Shown here piece by piece: positions 11,113 to 21,357 of a stretch of DNA of 64,000 nucleotides. Numbering within the stretch: the stretch's first letter is position 1; each line of letters begins with the position of its first letter. The translations under genes and the position numbers were made by a program. Below the pieces are notes generated by a model. That model was not told the DNA's origin. It was given only the letters and a program-made list of their open reading frames with translations, and ran no database searches. Location: positions 54,884-118,883 of the forward strand of contig JAITQO010000006.1 in NCBI GenBank assembly GCA_031288835.1. Reading direction: 5' to 3'. Origin of the DNA: Rickettsiales bacterium (GTDB lineage Bacteria > Pseudomonadota > Alphaproteobacteria > Rs-D84).

Positions 11113-11605
11113 CTATTTATTGCCACGCAAAATCAAATCGCCATTGTTTATCATAATATCGGCAAAACTTCCAGGGATTGGATTTTTTGCCGATTCCGTC
11201 TTGTAGGCCGTTTTTTGAAAAAACGCCCCATCCGTAACGCGATTGAACGTTTCTTTGTCAAACGGCCTGTCCGCATAGCGCCACCATAACTGGTGCGTCG
11301 CGTCCCGCGCGATATGCGGAACGTTCATAAAATCCCCCGTAATTGTGCAAAAGCTCGACCCGCGCTATGTCGGCAAAATGGGCGGGTCTCATATCGCCGC
11401 CTTTATATTTGTCCCAAACAAACCCCGGTAGCTCTATATAATCGGATAAAGTGTTTTCGTCAAGCAATATCAGTTGTCGGCGGCAGTTGCCGCGAATGCT
11501 GCGCAGACAGGCCCTGACCAATGGCGGAGCGTTTTCTTCGCCCTGAAGCCAAAATGAATTGCAAATAAAAAGGCAAATATAAATCATAATCAAAATATAC
11601 GGCAT
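11113..11605 (-). pseudogene. GT32-family (DXD) glycosyltransferase, frameshifted
   Basis: The N-terminal ORF has the LLDENT DXD region and the FADIARVELLHNYGGFY motif. The reading frame switches near 11290-11330 into a second overlapping ORF (HQLWWRYADRP...). Confidence 0.4.
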
Positions 11606-11621
11606 CGCCCCGCGGCATATT

Positions 11622-11853
11622 TTTTCATTTCACTTTCGCCTTGCCGCGTGTTATGATAGCCGCGTATCCGAAAGGAACCGAGAACCAAAAAGTCTCGTAA
11701 CCAGTGCGCTTGGATAGGCGCATAAACTTCTATCCCGCCAATGGCGGGATTGCGCCGGTTATATATTGAAGACCGGTGCGGTCGTCTGGTTACGGCCTTT
11801 TTGGAATCCCGCCACCTTTTGGTACATGCAACAAACAACCAAAAGGTGGAAAA
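11622..11853 (+). ncRNA. conserved structured 5' leader / cis-regulatory RNA (copy 1), class unassigned
   Basis: About 75% nt identity to 57205..57436. Compensatory changes in two stems: CGUAACCAG/CUGGUUACG versus CGUAGCAAG/CUUGCUACG, and GCGC/GCGC versus GUGUG/CACAC. Conserved hairpin AUCCCGC..GCGGGAU. A CCACCUUUUGG/CCAAAAGGUGG stem sequesters the SD. Confidence 0.45.
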
Positions 11854-12183
11854 ATGGCTCAAGATACGGATAATTTTGCAAGGAAGGTGCTGGACAAATA
11901 CCTGCGGCACATTGTCGACGACGTATTCATGGCGATACGGACGGACGACGATACGCGGAACGACTTTATGAATCTGGCCGCGACAAGGGCGCGCGAATTG
12001 GGCACCGCGGGTCATGAAATGGCGGACGAGCTGCACAAGGACATAAAGGCGTCGATAAAGAAGTTATTGGACTTGGACGACGTCAGGATAAACAGGCATC
12101 CGGAATCGCGCATGGTGGACAGTTATATGGAGCACAAATTGAAGGAACGCCCGGCGTCGAAATCGGCGTATCTAATCGAATAG
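11854..12183 (+). CDS. small conserved hypothetical protein (~109 aa), paralog of 57437..57766
   Basis: SD AAGGTGG 7 nt upstream. Starts MAQDTDNFARK. Shares the IVDDVF, KDIK.S.K.LL and RHPES blocks with the paralog. Confidence 0.5.
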   Translation: MAQDTDNFARKVLDKYLRHIVDDVFMAIRTDDDTRNDFMNLAATRARELGTAGHEMADELHKDIKASIKKLLDLDDVRINRHPESRMVDSYMEHKLKERPASKSAYLIE

Positions 12184-12291
12184 CTTTCGACGTTCCCGAT
12201 TTCGCGCCATGCGGCGGCATATAATCACGCCCGCGGCCGGACGCGCATTTATCGTTTTTTATTCGCCCGGAATTGTGATATAATTTCAGAT

Positions 12292-13230
12292 GTGAAAATA
12301 CTATTCTTGTCTCTTGCATCTTGCATCCTGTATCTTATCCCTTTGCACGCCAACTGGGAATACGGCGGTGGGCATGACGACGGCGGGCGCCTGCTGGTGT
12401 CGGCAAAGGGCGGGGTCGCCATGCCGTTCGCGTCGATGAAGAACGATTTGGGCGGCGTAATCGTCGGATACTACACGGACGGAAACGGAAACATATTCAA
12501 CAACAACACCTGCGACGGCGCCGGATGCAATCCGACGACGCCCATCGCCACCGCGGATTTGGGAAAAATGCCCCTTGGCAAGAAATACGATTCGTTTTCG
12601 TGGGCCGGCGGGGCAAGCGTCGGAATGGTTCCGGACGGCCGCCCGAACATCCGCATCGAACTGGACTGGCTGTATATTTCCGAAACCGATTACAACGCGA
12701 ATCCCCTGTTTTTGGAAGAGCTGGACGCGATTGGCTTCGAGCCCCAGCAGAATCCCGTCGCGGTCGCCAGGTCGACGGTTTCGACGGACGTCGTATCCGC
12801 GATGATTTATTACGACTTTCTCGCGGGGGAGAGGGCGGCCGGACAGATGATTCCGTATGTCGGAATCGGGCTCGGGTACGCGACCAGCGAGACGGTTCTG
12901 TCGCTGTCGGACAACTACGCCGACCTGCAGGCGGACATTTCGATTTGCAGCGATTTCGGCGAGCAGAACGGAAACCTGTGCGACTTTTACACGTCCACCA
13001 CGCGCACCGGCAATTTCGCGGTGTCCGGGGCGGTCGGGATGTCGTATGGAATGGACGAGGGGGTATTTCTCGACATAGGCGCGCGGGCGAGCTACATTCC
13101 GAGAATCAGATGGGCGCTGAACAACGACGGGAAAAGCGACGCCGTCACGCCGGGCAAAAGCCGGGACATATTCTCCGCGCATAACATCGTGTTCTTGAAC
13201 GTCTACGCCGGATTAAGATTCGAGTTTTAA
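12292..13230 (+). CDS. outer-membrane beta-barrel protein, Msp/WSP-like surface antigen family (C-terminal Phe)
   Basis: Signal peptide. Alternating beta-strand pattern. Terminal ...YAGLRFEF typical of OMP beta-barrels of the Rickettsiales surface-antigen type. Confidence 0.5.
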   Translation: MKILFLSLASCILYLIPLHANWEYGGGHDDGGRLLVSAKGGVAMPFASMKNDLGGVIVGYYTDGNGNIFNNNTCDGAGCNPTTPIATADLGKMPLGKKYDSFSWAGGASVGMVPDGRPNIRIELDWLYISETDYNANPLFLEELDAIGFEPQQNPVAVARSTVSTDVVSAMIYYDFLAGERAAGQMIPYVGIGLGYATSETVLSLSDNYADLQADISICSDFGEQNGNLCDFYTSTTRTGNFAVSGAVGMSYGMDEGVFLDIGARASYIPRIRWALNNDGKSDAVTPGKSRDIFSAHNIVFLNVYAGLRFEF

Positions 13231-13311
13231 ATCCTCGGCGGAACGGCGTTAATTTTGCCAATCCGTCATACATCACTCCGTCGCTTTCTTGTCTCTTGTC
13301 CTTCGCGCGCG

Positions 13312-13794
13312 TTACTTTTCGCCCTTCAATTTCTTCGCCAACAATTTGTTCACGGTTTTCGGATTCGCCTTGCCTGCGGAGTTTCTCGCCATGAAGCCGA
13401 CGGCGTTTTCCAATAGTATGCGCGCGGCTTCGGAATCCAGGTTCTCCGCTCCGCGCTCCGCCGCCTCGAAACTGGTCAGGCCTTCGTCGAACAGAATGAC
13501 GGGAATGTCCGTTTCCTTCGCCAATTCTTCCGCGAACGCCCTGACCCGCGCCGTCGTTTCGGATTCCGTTCCGTCCAGCCGCAGCGGCAGTCCCACCACA
13601 ATCCCGGCGATGTTCTCGGATTTCGCAAAATCCGCAATCCGCTTCGCCGCTCCGGCGGCGGCCGTAATCCGGGGGCGCGCAAAGACGAACCCGCGCCCCG
13701 GGTCCGAAACGGCGACGCCGACGCGCTTCTCGCCCCAATCGATTCCCGCAAGTCTCCCGGTTGTCGGAAAAAAATTGAAATCTTTGCAAATCAT
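13312..13794 (-). CDS. ruvX: Holliday junction resolvase-like YqgF/RuvX with a chimeric C-terminus copied from the gatB 3' end
   Basis: LAGIDWGEKRVGVAVSD RNase H-like N-terminus. The last ~22 codons are about 88% nt-identical to the last 22 codons of gatB (AGKANPKTVN.LLAKKLKGEK*). Confidence 0.7.
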   Translation of the reverse strand: MICKDFNFFPTTGRLAGIDWGEKRVGVAVSDPGRGFVFARPRITAAAGAAKRIADFAKSENIAGIVVGLPLRLDGTESETTARVRAFAEELAKETDIPVILFDEGLTSFEAAERGAENLDSEAARILLENAVGFMARNSAGKANPKTVNKLLAKKLKGEK

Positions 13795-13825
13795 TGCTAT
13801 ACTCGGGCGAATTATAGGAAGAAAA

Positions 13826-14119
13826 ATGGCATTCAGCAAGCAGCAGCTGCAAAAATTCGCCCACCTTGTCCGCATAGAGGCCTCCGACGGCGAGCTTGAA
13901 AAAATGCAGATATCGGGCGTCATCGAATGGCTGGACAAACTGCAGAGAATCGACACGTCCGGGGTCGAGCCGCTTCTGACCCCGGCCGAGCACGCCCTGC
14001 CGGAAAGGGACGACGTTGCGGACGACGGGAATTGCCGCGACGCGATTCTGGCGAACGCGCCGGACAGGGACGGGGTTTCTCGCGGATACTTCGCCGTGCC
14101 GAAGGTTATTGGCGAGTGA
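13826..14119 (+). CDS. gatC: Asp/Glu-tRNA amidotransferase subunit C
   Basis: 97 aa with typical GatC motifs (KLA.L.R......E....QI..I...V..L....T.GVEP). Immediately upstream of gatA and gatB. Confidence 0.8.
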   Translation: MAFSKQQLQKFAHLVRIEASDGELEKMQISGVIEWLDKLQRIDTSGVEPLLTPAEHALPERDDVADDGNCRDAILANAPDRDGVSRGYFAVPKVIGE

Positions 14120-14212
14120 CAAGAGACAAATAATGAGAACGCGCGGATTTTTATGCAATGCGGGCAATCAAAAACACGCCGCTTGTCTCTTGTCGCTCGA
14201 AAGGATGAAGAT

Positions 14213-15658
14213 ATGACTGATTTGACGATGGTTCAGGCTTTGGCCGGACTGAAAGAAAAAAAGTTTTCCGCGACCGAGCTCGCCCGCGCGCATTTGGCGA
14301 GGATTGAAAAATACGGCGATATCCTGAACTGCTATATCACGAAAACGCCCGAACGCGCCCTCGCGGACGCGGCGGAGTCCGACAAAAGATATGCCGCCGG
14401 AACCGCCCGCCCTCTGGAGGGCATTCCAATCGGAATGAAGGATTTGTTCGCGACCAAGGGCATCCGCACGACAGCCGCGTCGAAAATACTGGAAAACTTC
14501 GTGCCGGAATACGAGTCGACCGTTTCGCAGAAACTTATCGACGCGGGAACCGTTCTGCTCGGAAAGACAAATTTGGACGAGTTCGCGATGGGGACGTTCA
14601 GCAAGACGAGCCATTTCGGCGCCCCGGTCAGCCCCTATCAAATCGAAAGGCGCCTGACCGCGGGCGGCAGTTCCGGCGGTTCGAGCAGCGCGGTCGCGGG
14701 CGGACTGGCCATGGCCGCGACTGGGACGGACACGGGGGGCAGCATACGCTTTCCGTCCGGAATCACCGGCCTTGTCGGGATGAAGCCGACATACGGGCTG
14801 TGCTCGCGCTGGGGCTGCGTCGCGTTCGCGTCCAGCCTGGACACTCCGGGGCCGCTCGCGAGGACCGTCGACGACTGCGAATTAATGCTTCGCGCGATGC
14901 TCGGGCACGACCCGAAGGATTCGACAAGCGCGAAACAAGGGACAATGGACGGGGGGCGAGGGATAAAAAGAATAGGGGTCATCAAAGAATTCGCGGATGT
15001 CGAAATATCGGAAGACATGAAAAGGCTGCGGAATGAAAGGCTGGGCGATTTGCGCGCGGCGGGGTATGAAATCGCCGAGGTTTCGATTCCGAACATTCTG
15101 GACGCGCTGGCGGCGTATTACATAATCGCGCCGGCCGAGGCGTCGAGCAATCTGGCGCGGTATGACGGCGTGCGATACGGCTTCCGCGCGGACGCGGACA
15201 ACCTGACGGACATGTATAAGAAAACGCGCGCCCAGGGTTTCGGCGAGGAGGTTCGGCGCCGGATGATTGTCGGAACCGCCGTGCTGTCGAGCGAATCATA
15301 CGAAGTTTATTTCCTGCAGGCCGCGCGCGTGCGCCGCATGCTCGCGGATTCGTTCGCCAGGGCGTTCGAAAAATGCGACCTAATCGTCTGCCCGTCCGGC
15401 GCCGGAACGGCGATGCCGCTCGATTCCGACCTGACGCCGCTCGAATACTACGCGCTGGATTTGTTCACGGTCGCGATGAATCTGGCCGGCGTTCCGGCGG
15501 CGAGCGTCCCGTGCGGGCGCGCCGAAAACGGGCTGCCCCTCGGCCTGCAGGTGGTCGGAAAAAGGTTCGACGACTTCCGCGTCCTCGCCCTCGCGCGGGA
15601 AATCGAAAGGTTCGCGGGATTGGACAACAGGCCGAGTTTCGTGATGCGCGACGCGTAA
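14213..15658 (+). CDS. gatA: Asp/Glu-tRNA amidotransferase subunit A (amidase)
   Basis: Amidase signature GGSSGGS..AVA. Start at MTDLTMVQ, preceded by AAGGA. Confidence 0.9.
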   Translation: MTDLTMVQALAGLKEKKFSATELARAHLARIEKYGDILNCYITKTPERALADAAESDKRYAAGTARPLEGIPIGMKDLFATKGIRTTAASKILENFVPEYESTVSQKLIDAGTVLLGKTNLDEFAMGTFSKTSHFGAPVSPYQIERRLTAGGSSGGSSSAVAGGLAMAATGTDTGGSIRFPSGITGLVGMKPTYGLCSRWGCVAFASSLDTPGPLARTVDDCELMLRAMLGHDPKDSTSAKQGTMDGGRGIKRIGVIKEFADVEISEDMKRLRNERLGDLRAAGYEIAEVSIPNILDALAAYYIIAPAEASSNLARYDGVRYGFRADADNLTDMYKKTRAQGFGEEVRRRMIVGTAVLSSESYEVYFLQAARVRRMLADSFARAFEKCDLIVCPSGAGTAMPLDSDLTPLEYYALDLFTVAMNLAGVPAASVPCGRAENGLPLGLQVVGKRFDDFRVLALAREIERFAGLDNRPSFVMRDA

Positions 15659-15672
15659 CGAAGGAAAAGAAG

Positions 15673-17154
15673 ATGTATGCAATCAAGGGAAAAACTTGCG
15701 ACTGGGAATTGGTAATCGGGCTTGAAACCCACATCGAGGTTTTGAGCGAATCCAAATTGTTCAGCGGCGCCAGCGCCGACTACAACCCGGCCGTCCCGCC
15801 CAACACGCAGGTGTCGTTCGTCGACGCCGCGATGCCCGGAATGCTGCCCGTGCTGAACCGCGAATGCGTCGGGCAGGCGATAAGGATGGGCCTGGGGCTG
15901 AACGCGGAAATCTCGCGCCGGTCGCGCTTCGCGCGAAAGCAGTATTTTTATCCCGACCTGCCGCAGGGGTATCAGATTTCCCAGCCCGCGGAAGAGCCCC
16001 CAATCGTCGGCCGCGGATGGGTCGAAATCGCCGGCGACGACGGAAAGCCGAAAAAGATTCTGGTGCTGCGCGCGCATTTGGAGCAGGACGCCGGAAAGAA
16101 CAAGCACGACGCGCATCCCTCGAAGACATTCACGGACCTGAACAGGTCTGGCGTCGCCCTGCTCGAAATCGTGACGTTCCTGGACACGGCGCCGGGCGCG
16201 GAGAATTCGTTCATAACCTCGCCGGACGAGGCGGAGAGGTATCTTCGCGAAATACGCTCCGTCGCGCGGACGCTCGGCGTTTCCAACGCGAATATGGAGG
16301 AGGGGTCGATGCGCGCGGACGTGAACGTGTCCGTTCGTCCGGCCGGAGAGAGGACGTTCCGCACGCGGACCGAGACGAAAAACATGGTTTCGTTCAAGTT
16401 CATAAAAACCGCGATAGAATACGAGGCGCGCCGCCAGATTGAAATCTACGAATCCGGCGGAACGGTTTCGCAGGACACCATGCGTTACAACCAGGGCGAC
16501 GGAACGACGTCCGTCATGCGGTCGAAGGAGGACGCGCTGGATTACCGTTATTTCCCCGACCCGGATTTGCTGCCGCTGATTGTGACGGACGAGGAAATCG
16601 AGGACGCGCGTCGCGCGATGCCGGAATTGCCCGCGGCGCGAAAGGCGCGGTATGCCGCGATGGGGCTGGCGCCGGCCGACGCGAACCGAATAGGCGACGA
16701 CAGGGATTTATACGATTTCTTCGACGCGGCGGTCGGGGGCGCGCCGGCGCGGGCGAAAACGGTCGCGAACTGGATGCTGGGCGCGCTGGCGGCGAACCCG
16801 GAATACGAAATGAAGCCCGCTTATCTGGCGGAATTGGCGGATATGATTTCGTCGGATGAAATCAATTCCAAAATCGCGAAGGATATTTTCGCGAAAATGC
16901 TGGACGGCGAAACCGGCGGGCCGCGGGAAATCGCCGAAAGGCGCGGCCTGGGGCAGACGGCCGACGCCGGGGCCGTCGAATCCGCGGTTGACAAGGTTCT
17001 GGCGGGCAATGCGGACGCGGTCGCGCAATACAAGGCCGGCAAGGCCGGATTGCTGGGATTCTTCGTCGGCGCGGTCATGAAGGAAACCGCCGGCAAGGCG
17101 AATCCGAAAACCGTGAACGAGTTGCTGGCGAAAAAATTGAAAGGCGAAAAGTAA
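15673..17154 (+). CDS. gatB: Asp/Glu-tRNA amidotransferase subunit B
   Basis: N-terminal IGLETHIEV motif. C-terminal YqeY-like tail ...GKANPKTVNELLAKKLKGEK. Confidence 0.9.
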   Translation: MYAIKGKTCDWELVIGLETHIEVLSESKLFSGASADYNPAVPPNTQVSFVDAAMPGMLPVLNRECVGQAIRMGLGLNAEISRRSRFARKQYFYPDLPQGYQISQPAEEPPIVGRGWVEIAGDDGKPKKILVLRAHLEQDAGKNKHDAHPSKTFTDLNRSGVALLEIVTFLDTAPGAENSFITSPDEAERYLREIRSVARTLGVSNANMEEGSMRADVNVSVRPAGERTFRTRTETKNMVSFKFIKTAIEYEARRQIEIYESGGTVSQDTMRYNQGDGTTSVMRSKEDALDYRYFPDPDLLPLIVTDEEIEDARRAMPELPAARKARYAAMGLAPADANRIGDDRDLYDFFDAAVGGAPARAKTVANWMLGALAANPEYEMKPAYLAELADMISSDEINSKIAKDIFAKMLDGETGGPREIAERRGLGQTADAGAVESAVDKVLAGNADAVAQYKAGKAGLLGFFVGAVMKETAGKANPKTVNELLAKKLKGEK

Positions 17155-17171
17155 TTCGCGCAGGGGATGTT

Positions 17172-18038
17172 TTATTTCCCGCAAATCAGCCGGATTTCCC
17201 CGACATACAACTTTGTCATTTCGTCCGTCGCGGCGGAGAGAATCCGCCGCGGGTCGATTCCGGCCGCCGGAACGGCGAATTGGTCGGAAAACATTCGCCT
17301 TACCGTCGCCATCCACGCCAAACGCGCGTCCGAATCCACGTTCACTTTGTTGATTCCGAGCGCGACGGCCTTTTTAATTTCCGCCGCGGGAATGCCGGAG
17401 GCGTCTTTCAGTCCCAAAACCCGCGCGTATTTTTTCGGGATTTGACTGGCGCCGTGCAGCACCAGCGGCGTTTTCGGCAGCAGTCTCCGCACCTCCGCCA
17501 ATATGTCGAACCGAAGGCGCCCGTTTCCCTTGTGCGCCCCGTGGCTGGTTCCGATTGCGAGCGCCAGGGAATCGCAGCCGGTCAACTCGACGAACTTTTT
17601 CGCCTGCGCCGGGTCGGTGAATCCGCAATGCGGCGCGCGGACGCCGTCCTCGGTTCCGCAGAGAACGCCCAGTTCCGCCTCGATCCAGACGCCGCGGCGG
17701 CGCGCATAGTCGGCGGCGCGGCGCGTCAGCCTCACATTCTCGTCGAACGGCAGCATGGAGCCGTCGAACATGACGCTTTGAAATCCCAGCGCAACCGCAC
17801 GCTTTACCGCCTCGAAACTGCGGCCGTGGTCAAGGTGGACGTATCCGTTTTTCACGGCGAAATCGCGCAGAAACGCGTCGCCCATGTATCTGATTGCTGA
17901 TTCGCTGGCTGCGAAAATCACCGGCCGGCCGGTTTCCCGCGCGGCGGCGGAAATCGCATGGAACGATTCCAAGTTATAGAAATTGAACGCCGGAACGGCG
18001 GAATTGCGGCGAAGGACTTGGTTCAGCAGGTTTTTCAT
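17172..18038 (-). CDS. fba: class II fructose/tagatose-bisphosphate aldolase family
   Basis: 288 aa. FNFYNLE, HLDHG and VLHGASQIP motifs of class II aldolases. Confidence 0.65.
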   Translation of the reverse strand: MKNLLNQVLRRNSAVPAFNFYNLESFHAISAAARETGRPVIFAASESAIRYMGDAFLRDFAVKNGYVHLDHGRSFEAVKRAVALGFQSVMFDGSMLPFDENVRLTRRAADYARRRGVWIEAELGVLCGTEDGVRAPHCGFTDPAQAKKFVELTGCDSLALAIGTSHGAHKGNGRLRFDILAEVRRLLPKTPLVLHGASQIPKKYARVLGLKDASGIPAAEIKKAVALGINKVNVDSDARLAWMATVRRMFSDQFAVPAAGIDPRRILSAATDEMTKLYVGEIRLICGK

Positions 18039-18148
18039 GATATAATCATTATATCACAGGCGGCGGCGAATATTGCGAAAAAAAGCGCGCGCCACTTGAC
18101 ATATTTTAACTTGGTATTATATTATATATGTAAGAACGGAGAGGCAAA

Positions 18149-20503
18149 ATGGCGGACACATATATATACAACAATTTCGGCGATTTTCTTTACGGCTATT
18201 TCCGCCAGCTGCATCTGAACAGCATGCCGGCCGAAAAAAAGGCGAAGTTCGCCGAGCTGAAAGAGAAAAAGAGACTGACAAAGGCGCAAGATAACTGGGT
18301 AATAGGCAACGGAGACGAGAATCTTCCAAACATCTCGAATCTGGAGCCCGAACAGGTGGAAAACCTGTACCGCAGGATTCTCGGAGCGCTGCGCGGAATG
18401 GACGACAACCACCAGGACATTGGGCGCAAGAACCCGAAATTGACATCCGTTCTGGACAAGTTTTTCGGCGAATCAATGCCGTTCGACAAGTTTCACCCGG
18501 ACGAGGCAGTGCAGAAAAAGGCGAAAGACCTGGGCAGATTTCTCACGGAAAATTCGCGCACGCCAGTCGCGTCGTTCATCCTAACCAACTGTTTCAATGA
18601 CAAGGAATACAACCTGAAGAAGTTCATGGACGACCTTGACAGAAATAATTACGGCGAAGCGTTCATAGACAGGGTGAACTATATCATGCGCAGTGTGAGC
18701 AACTGGTTCTTTCAGTTGGGAGACACCGACAAAAACTCAAAAGAAATTAATGAGTTCCTGAATACGTTCAATGAACTCGAAAATGGGCTGGACCAATCGA
18801 AAGAGGATTTGGGTAGACCAGAGTCCAAACGCAAGATTGAAATGTTCAAACAGCCAGAGGTATATCGGCAAATCTTCCAGGCGGTTTACGGTGACGAAAA
18901 GTTCCGGCAAGAGTTTGAGAAAAGTTCGGCCGGGCGCAAAATAACGGACGAATTGGACAAGGCGAAAGAAAATGCCAACTATGACAAGCTGTCCACGAAA
19001 ATGGACGACAAGCCTACATGGCTGCAGCAGAAAAAGGATGCTTTTGACAAGGCAATCGGCGGAACCGTCGGAAAACTGACCGACCGACATAAAAAGCACA
19101 ACTATGTGACGGCGGCGGCGCAAAGCATTGTCGAGGCGATTCGAGAGGCGAAAATCGAGCCAAAGGACGGGCTTGAAAAGGTTCTCGAAAAAGCAAACGA
19201 TATAAAAGAGAGGCTCGAGGGGGAAAGTCCCGCGGCCGTCGGGGCGTGGGATACCTTTGCGGACGTCATGGGCAAGATAGGGAAAGGAATGCCGAAGGCG
19301 TTCGCCGGATGCCTGAAAAACGGCGCGCAAATGAGGGCGGTGGTCCAGCAGGTAATCGCGATGTGCCTTGAAACCGGCAAGTTCGACGAAGCCAAGGCGA
19401 TTATGGAAACGCTGTCGGTCCTAATGTATGGCAGTCTGACTTCCGACGTGTGGGAGGAATGGAAAAAGAACGACATCAAATTGTGGGACGGCGTGACGGG
19501 AATGGACAAAGGATTTCTGAAATGGTTCGCCACCGGAACGAACTTTGCGGTGAACAGAGGCGTGAACGCGCTGTTCTGGGCGGGACAAATAACCGTGAAC
19601 AAAATCCGCCTCGGAGGAGCGCGGTTCGGAAACGACGAAGACCTCGGCGCGCTGAAAAAGCCGCTGGAGTATTACAGAACGCACGACGACCCGGACCATA
19701 TCGAAACATACAGAAAAAAGGAAGAGGCTGCGGGGAGGCGAATGACCCCCGAGGTCGAGGCGAATATAGATGGCGAGATAAGCAATGCGATGTCGAACAA
19801 GACGGCCAAGGAAGCCGAAGTAAAAACAGCGGAAAGAAAAGAAAAAAGGTTCGAATATCTGAAGGAAAAATCCAAACTTGAATTGGAATCGGCGTATGAA
19901 GAGATGCGTAAAGAGGAAGAGAACCAGAGAAAGGCATACGAAGCATTTAAAAAAGATAAAAGCGACAATATTTTGATGAGAGAAACCCATGTGGCTGACT
20001 ACATGGTTAAAAAAGCCAAAGAAAAACTGGAAAAAGCGGAAAAAAAGGCCGAAATAGCTGAAAGGGTTCACAACAATAAACTCAATGACGCCGAAAAAAG
20101 AAAGGAAGAATTGGAAAAGGCGGCGGAACTTGCGGACAATCCGCACGAATTGATGAATGATTTGATTGCGCAGCGAAAAGCCGCCGGGCGCGGAACGCCC
20201 GAGGCGCGGGAATTGGCCAGAAAGATAGTCACGTTCAAAAAAAAGTTCAGGTACGAGGCCGCCGCGGAGAATCTGAGGAACAAAGAAAACAGGCCCGGCT
20301 TTGATTCGAATGAAAAAACGAAATACCAGCAGGCGGTGGAACTGATGGATTTCTGGGATTTCATGCAAACGAAAACGGTCGAAGACACGAATATTCTACA
20401 CCACCACAAAAACGTGCAAAAAGATTTCACCGAAAGAATGAACAGCCGCAATAGTCCGTTCGCCATGTTCATGCGACAGCAGGAAGAAGGGAGGGCCGCC
20501 TGA
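18149..20503 (+). CDS. large hypothetical protein (784 aa), K/E-rich coiled-coil C-terminal half; candidate secreted effector
   Basis: Long uninterrupted ORF with native codon usage. No recognisable catalytic motifs. Strong heptad-like KE-rich segment from about aa 500 to 700. Confidence 0.5.
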   Translation: MADTYIYNNFGDFLYGYFRQLHLNSMPAEKKAKFAELKEKKRLTKAQDNWVIGNGDENLPNISNLEPEQVENLYRRILGALRGMDDNHQDIGRKNPKLTSVLDKFFGESMPFDKFHPDEAVQKKAKDLGRFLTENSRTPVASFILTNCFNDKEYNLKKFMDDLDRNNYGEAFIDRVNYIMRSVSNWFFQLGDTDKNSKEINEFLNTFNELENGLDQSKEDLGRPESKRKIEMFKQPEVYRQIFQAVYGDEKFRQEFEKSSAGRKITDELDKAKENANYDKLSTKMDDKPTWLQQKKDAFDKAIGGTVGKLTDRHKKHNYVTAAAQSIVEAIREAKIEPKDGLEKVLEKANDIKERLEGESPAAVGAWDTFADVMGKIGKGMPKAFAGCLKNGAQMRAVVQQVIAMCLETGKFDEAKAIMETLSVLMYGSLTSDVWEEWKKNDIKLWDGVTGMDKGFLKWFATGTNFAVNRGVNALFWAGQITVNKIRLGGARFGNDEDLGALKKPLEYYRTHDDPDHIETYRKKEEAAGRRMTPEVEANIDGEISNAMSNKTAKEAEVKTAERKEKRFEYLKEKSKLELESAYEEMRKEEENQRKAYEAFKKDKSDNILMRETHVADYMVKKAKEKLEKAEKKAEIAERVHNNKLNDAEKRKEELEKAAELADNPHELMNDLIAQRKAAGRGTPEARELARKIVTFKKKFRYEAAAENLRNKENRPGFDSNEKTKYQQAVELMDFWDFMQTKTVEDTNILHHHKNVQKDFTERMNSRNSPFAMFMRQQEEGRAA

Positions 20504-20649
20504 TTGTGATGCTGTATTAAACATAAATAATTCGAAGGTTCGTTTTTACAAAAGTTTCAAAGGAACTTCTGTCATTTCTGCGCCTTTTTCCTTGCCATCC
20601 CCGCGCAAGCCGGGACTGGAACGAAAACCGAAACAAACGCACAAAGTAA

Positions 20650-20862
20650 TTTTGTCATTCCCGCGAAGGCGGGAATATGGTCCATAAAGTGCGAACGAAG
20701 CGAATCATTTTTAACTTGAAGAGCGAATAACAGAAAGCAGATAACAATGTGTAGGGAATAAGCATGCCTTGCTGCATGCTTTTCACATTCTGCCCTCCCT
20801 CAAACAAAGTTTTTGCTTGCGGGACTGAAAGACCCCATCCCCGCCTTCGCGGGAATGACAAG
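20650..20862. repeat. composite intergenic repeat: two dRS3-like inverted repeats (ATTCCCGCGAAGGCGGGAAT; ATCCCCGCCTTCGCGGGAAT) flanking a ~155-bp core
   Basis: The palindromes at 20657-20676 and 20836-20855 flank the core. The core is repeated in inverse orientation at 31100-31245. Architecture resembles Neisseria NIME/dRS3. Confidence 0.5.
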
Positions 20863-20970
20863 GAAAAAGGCGCTGGAACGACAAAACACTCCGTTTTTTA
20901 TCGCCTGGATTCCGTTGGCGGCGCCAGAGCGGAATGAAGATTCGTGCTTGTTTGCGCGGCGGCGGCGCGG

Positions 20971-21357
20971 CTACCTCACCTTTCCGTAATACATGACCTC
21001 GAACTCGCGGTTGCGGGCCAGGCCCCTCAGGTGCGAGAATCGGGCGAACACGGGATTGTCGTCAAAAACGTCCATTATCGACATGCCGATGATTTTCTCG
21101 ACTTTGCTTATGTCCGTTTTCACCGAATTGTAATATTTGTCGCCCAGAAGTTCCCGCAGGACAGCATCGTCGACCCGGCGCGCGGGCGGCGCCCGCCCTT
21201 CCACGCTTTTATCGCGGAAATCATCGAGCCGAGCCGAGCCCCCGCGCGCGCGGGCGTCCAGCAGCAGCCACAAATACAAATCGTCCCTCCCAATCCGGAA
21301 CCTCACGAACAACAGCAAACAATAAATCCTGGCTGTCATAACAGGCACTTCGCGCAC
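20971..21357 (-). CDS. hypothetical protein (128 aa)
   Basis: ORF overlaps the 3' end of rsmE and could be co-transcribed. No recognisable domains. The overlapping plus-strand ORF looks spurious. Confidence 0.25.
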   Translation of the reverse strand: MREVPVMTARIYCLLLFVRFRIGRDDLYLWLLLDARARGGSARLDDFRDKSVEGRAPPARRVDDAVLRELLGDKYYNSVKTDISKVEKIIGMSIMDVFDDNPVFARFSHLRGLARNREFEVMYYGKVR

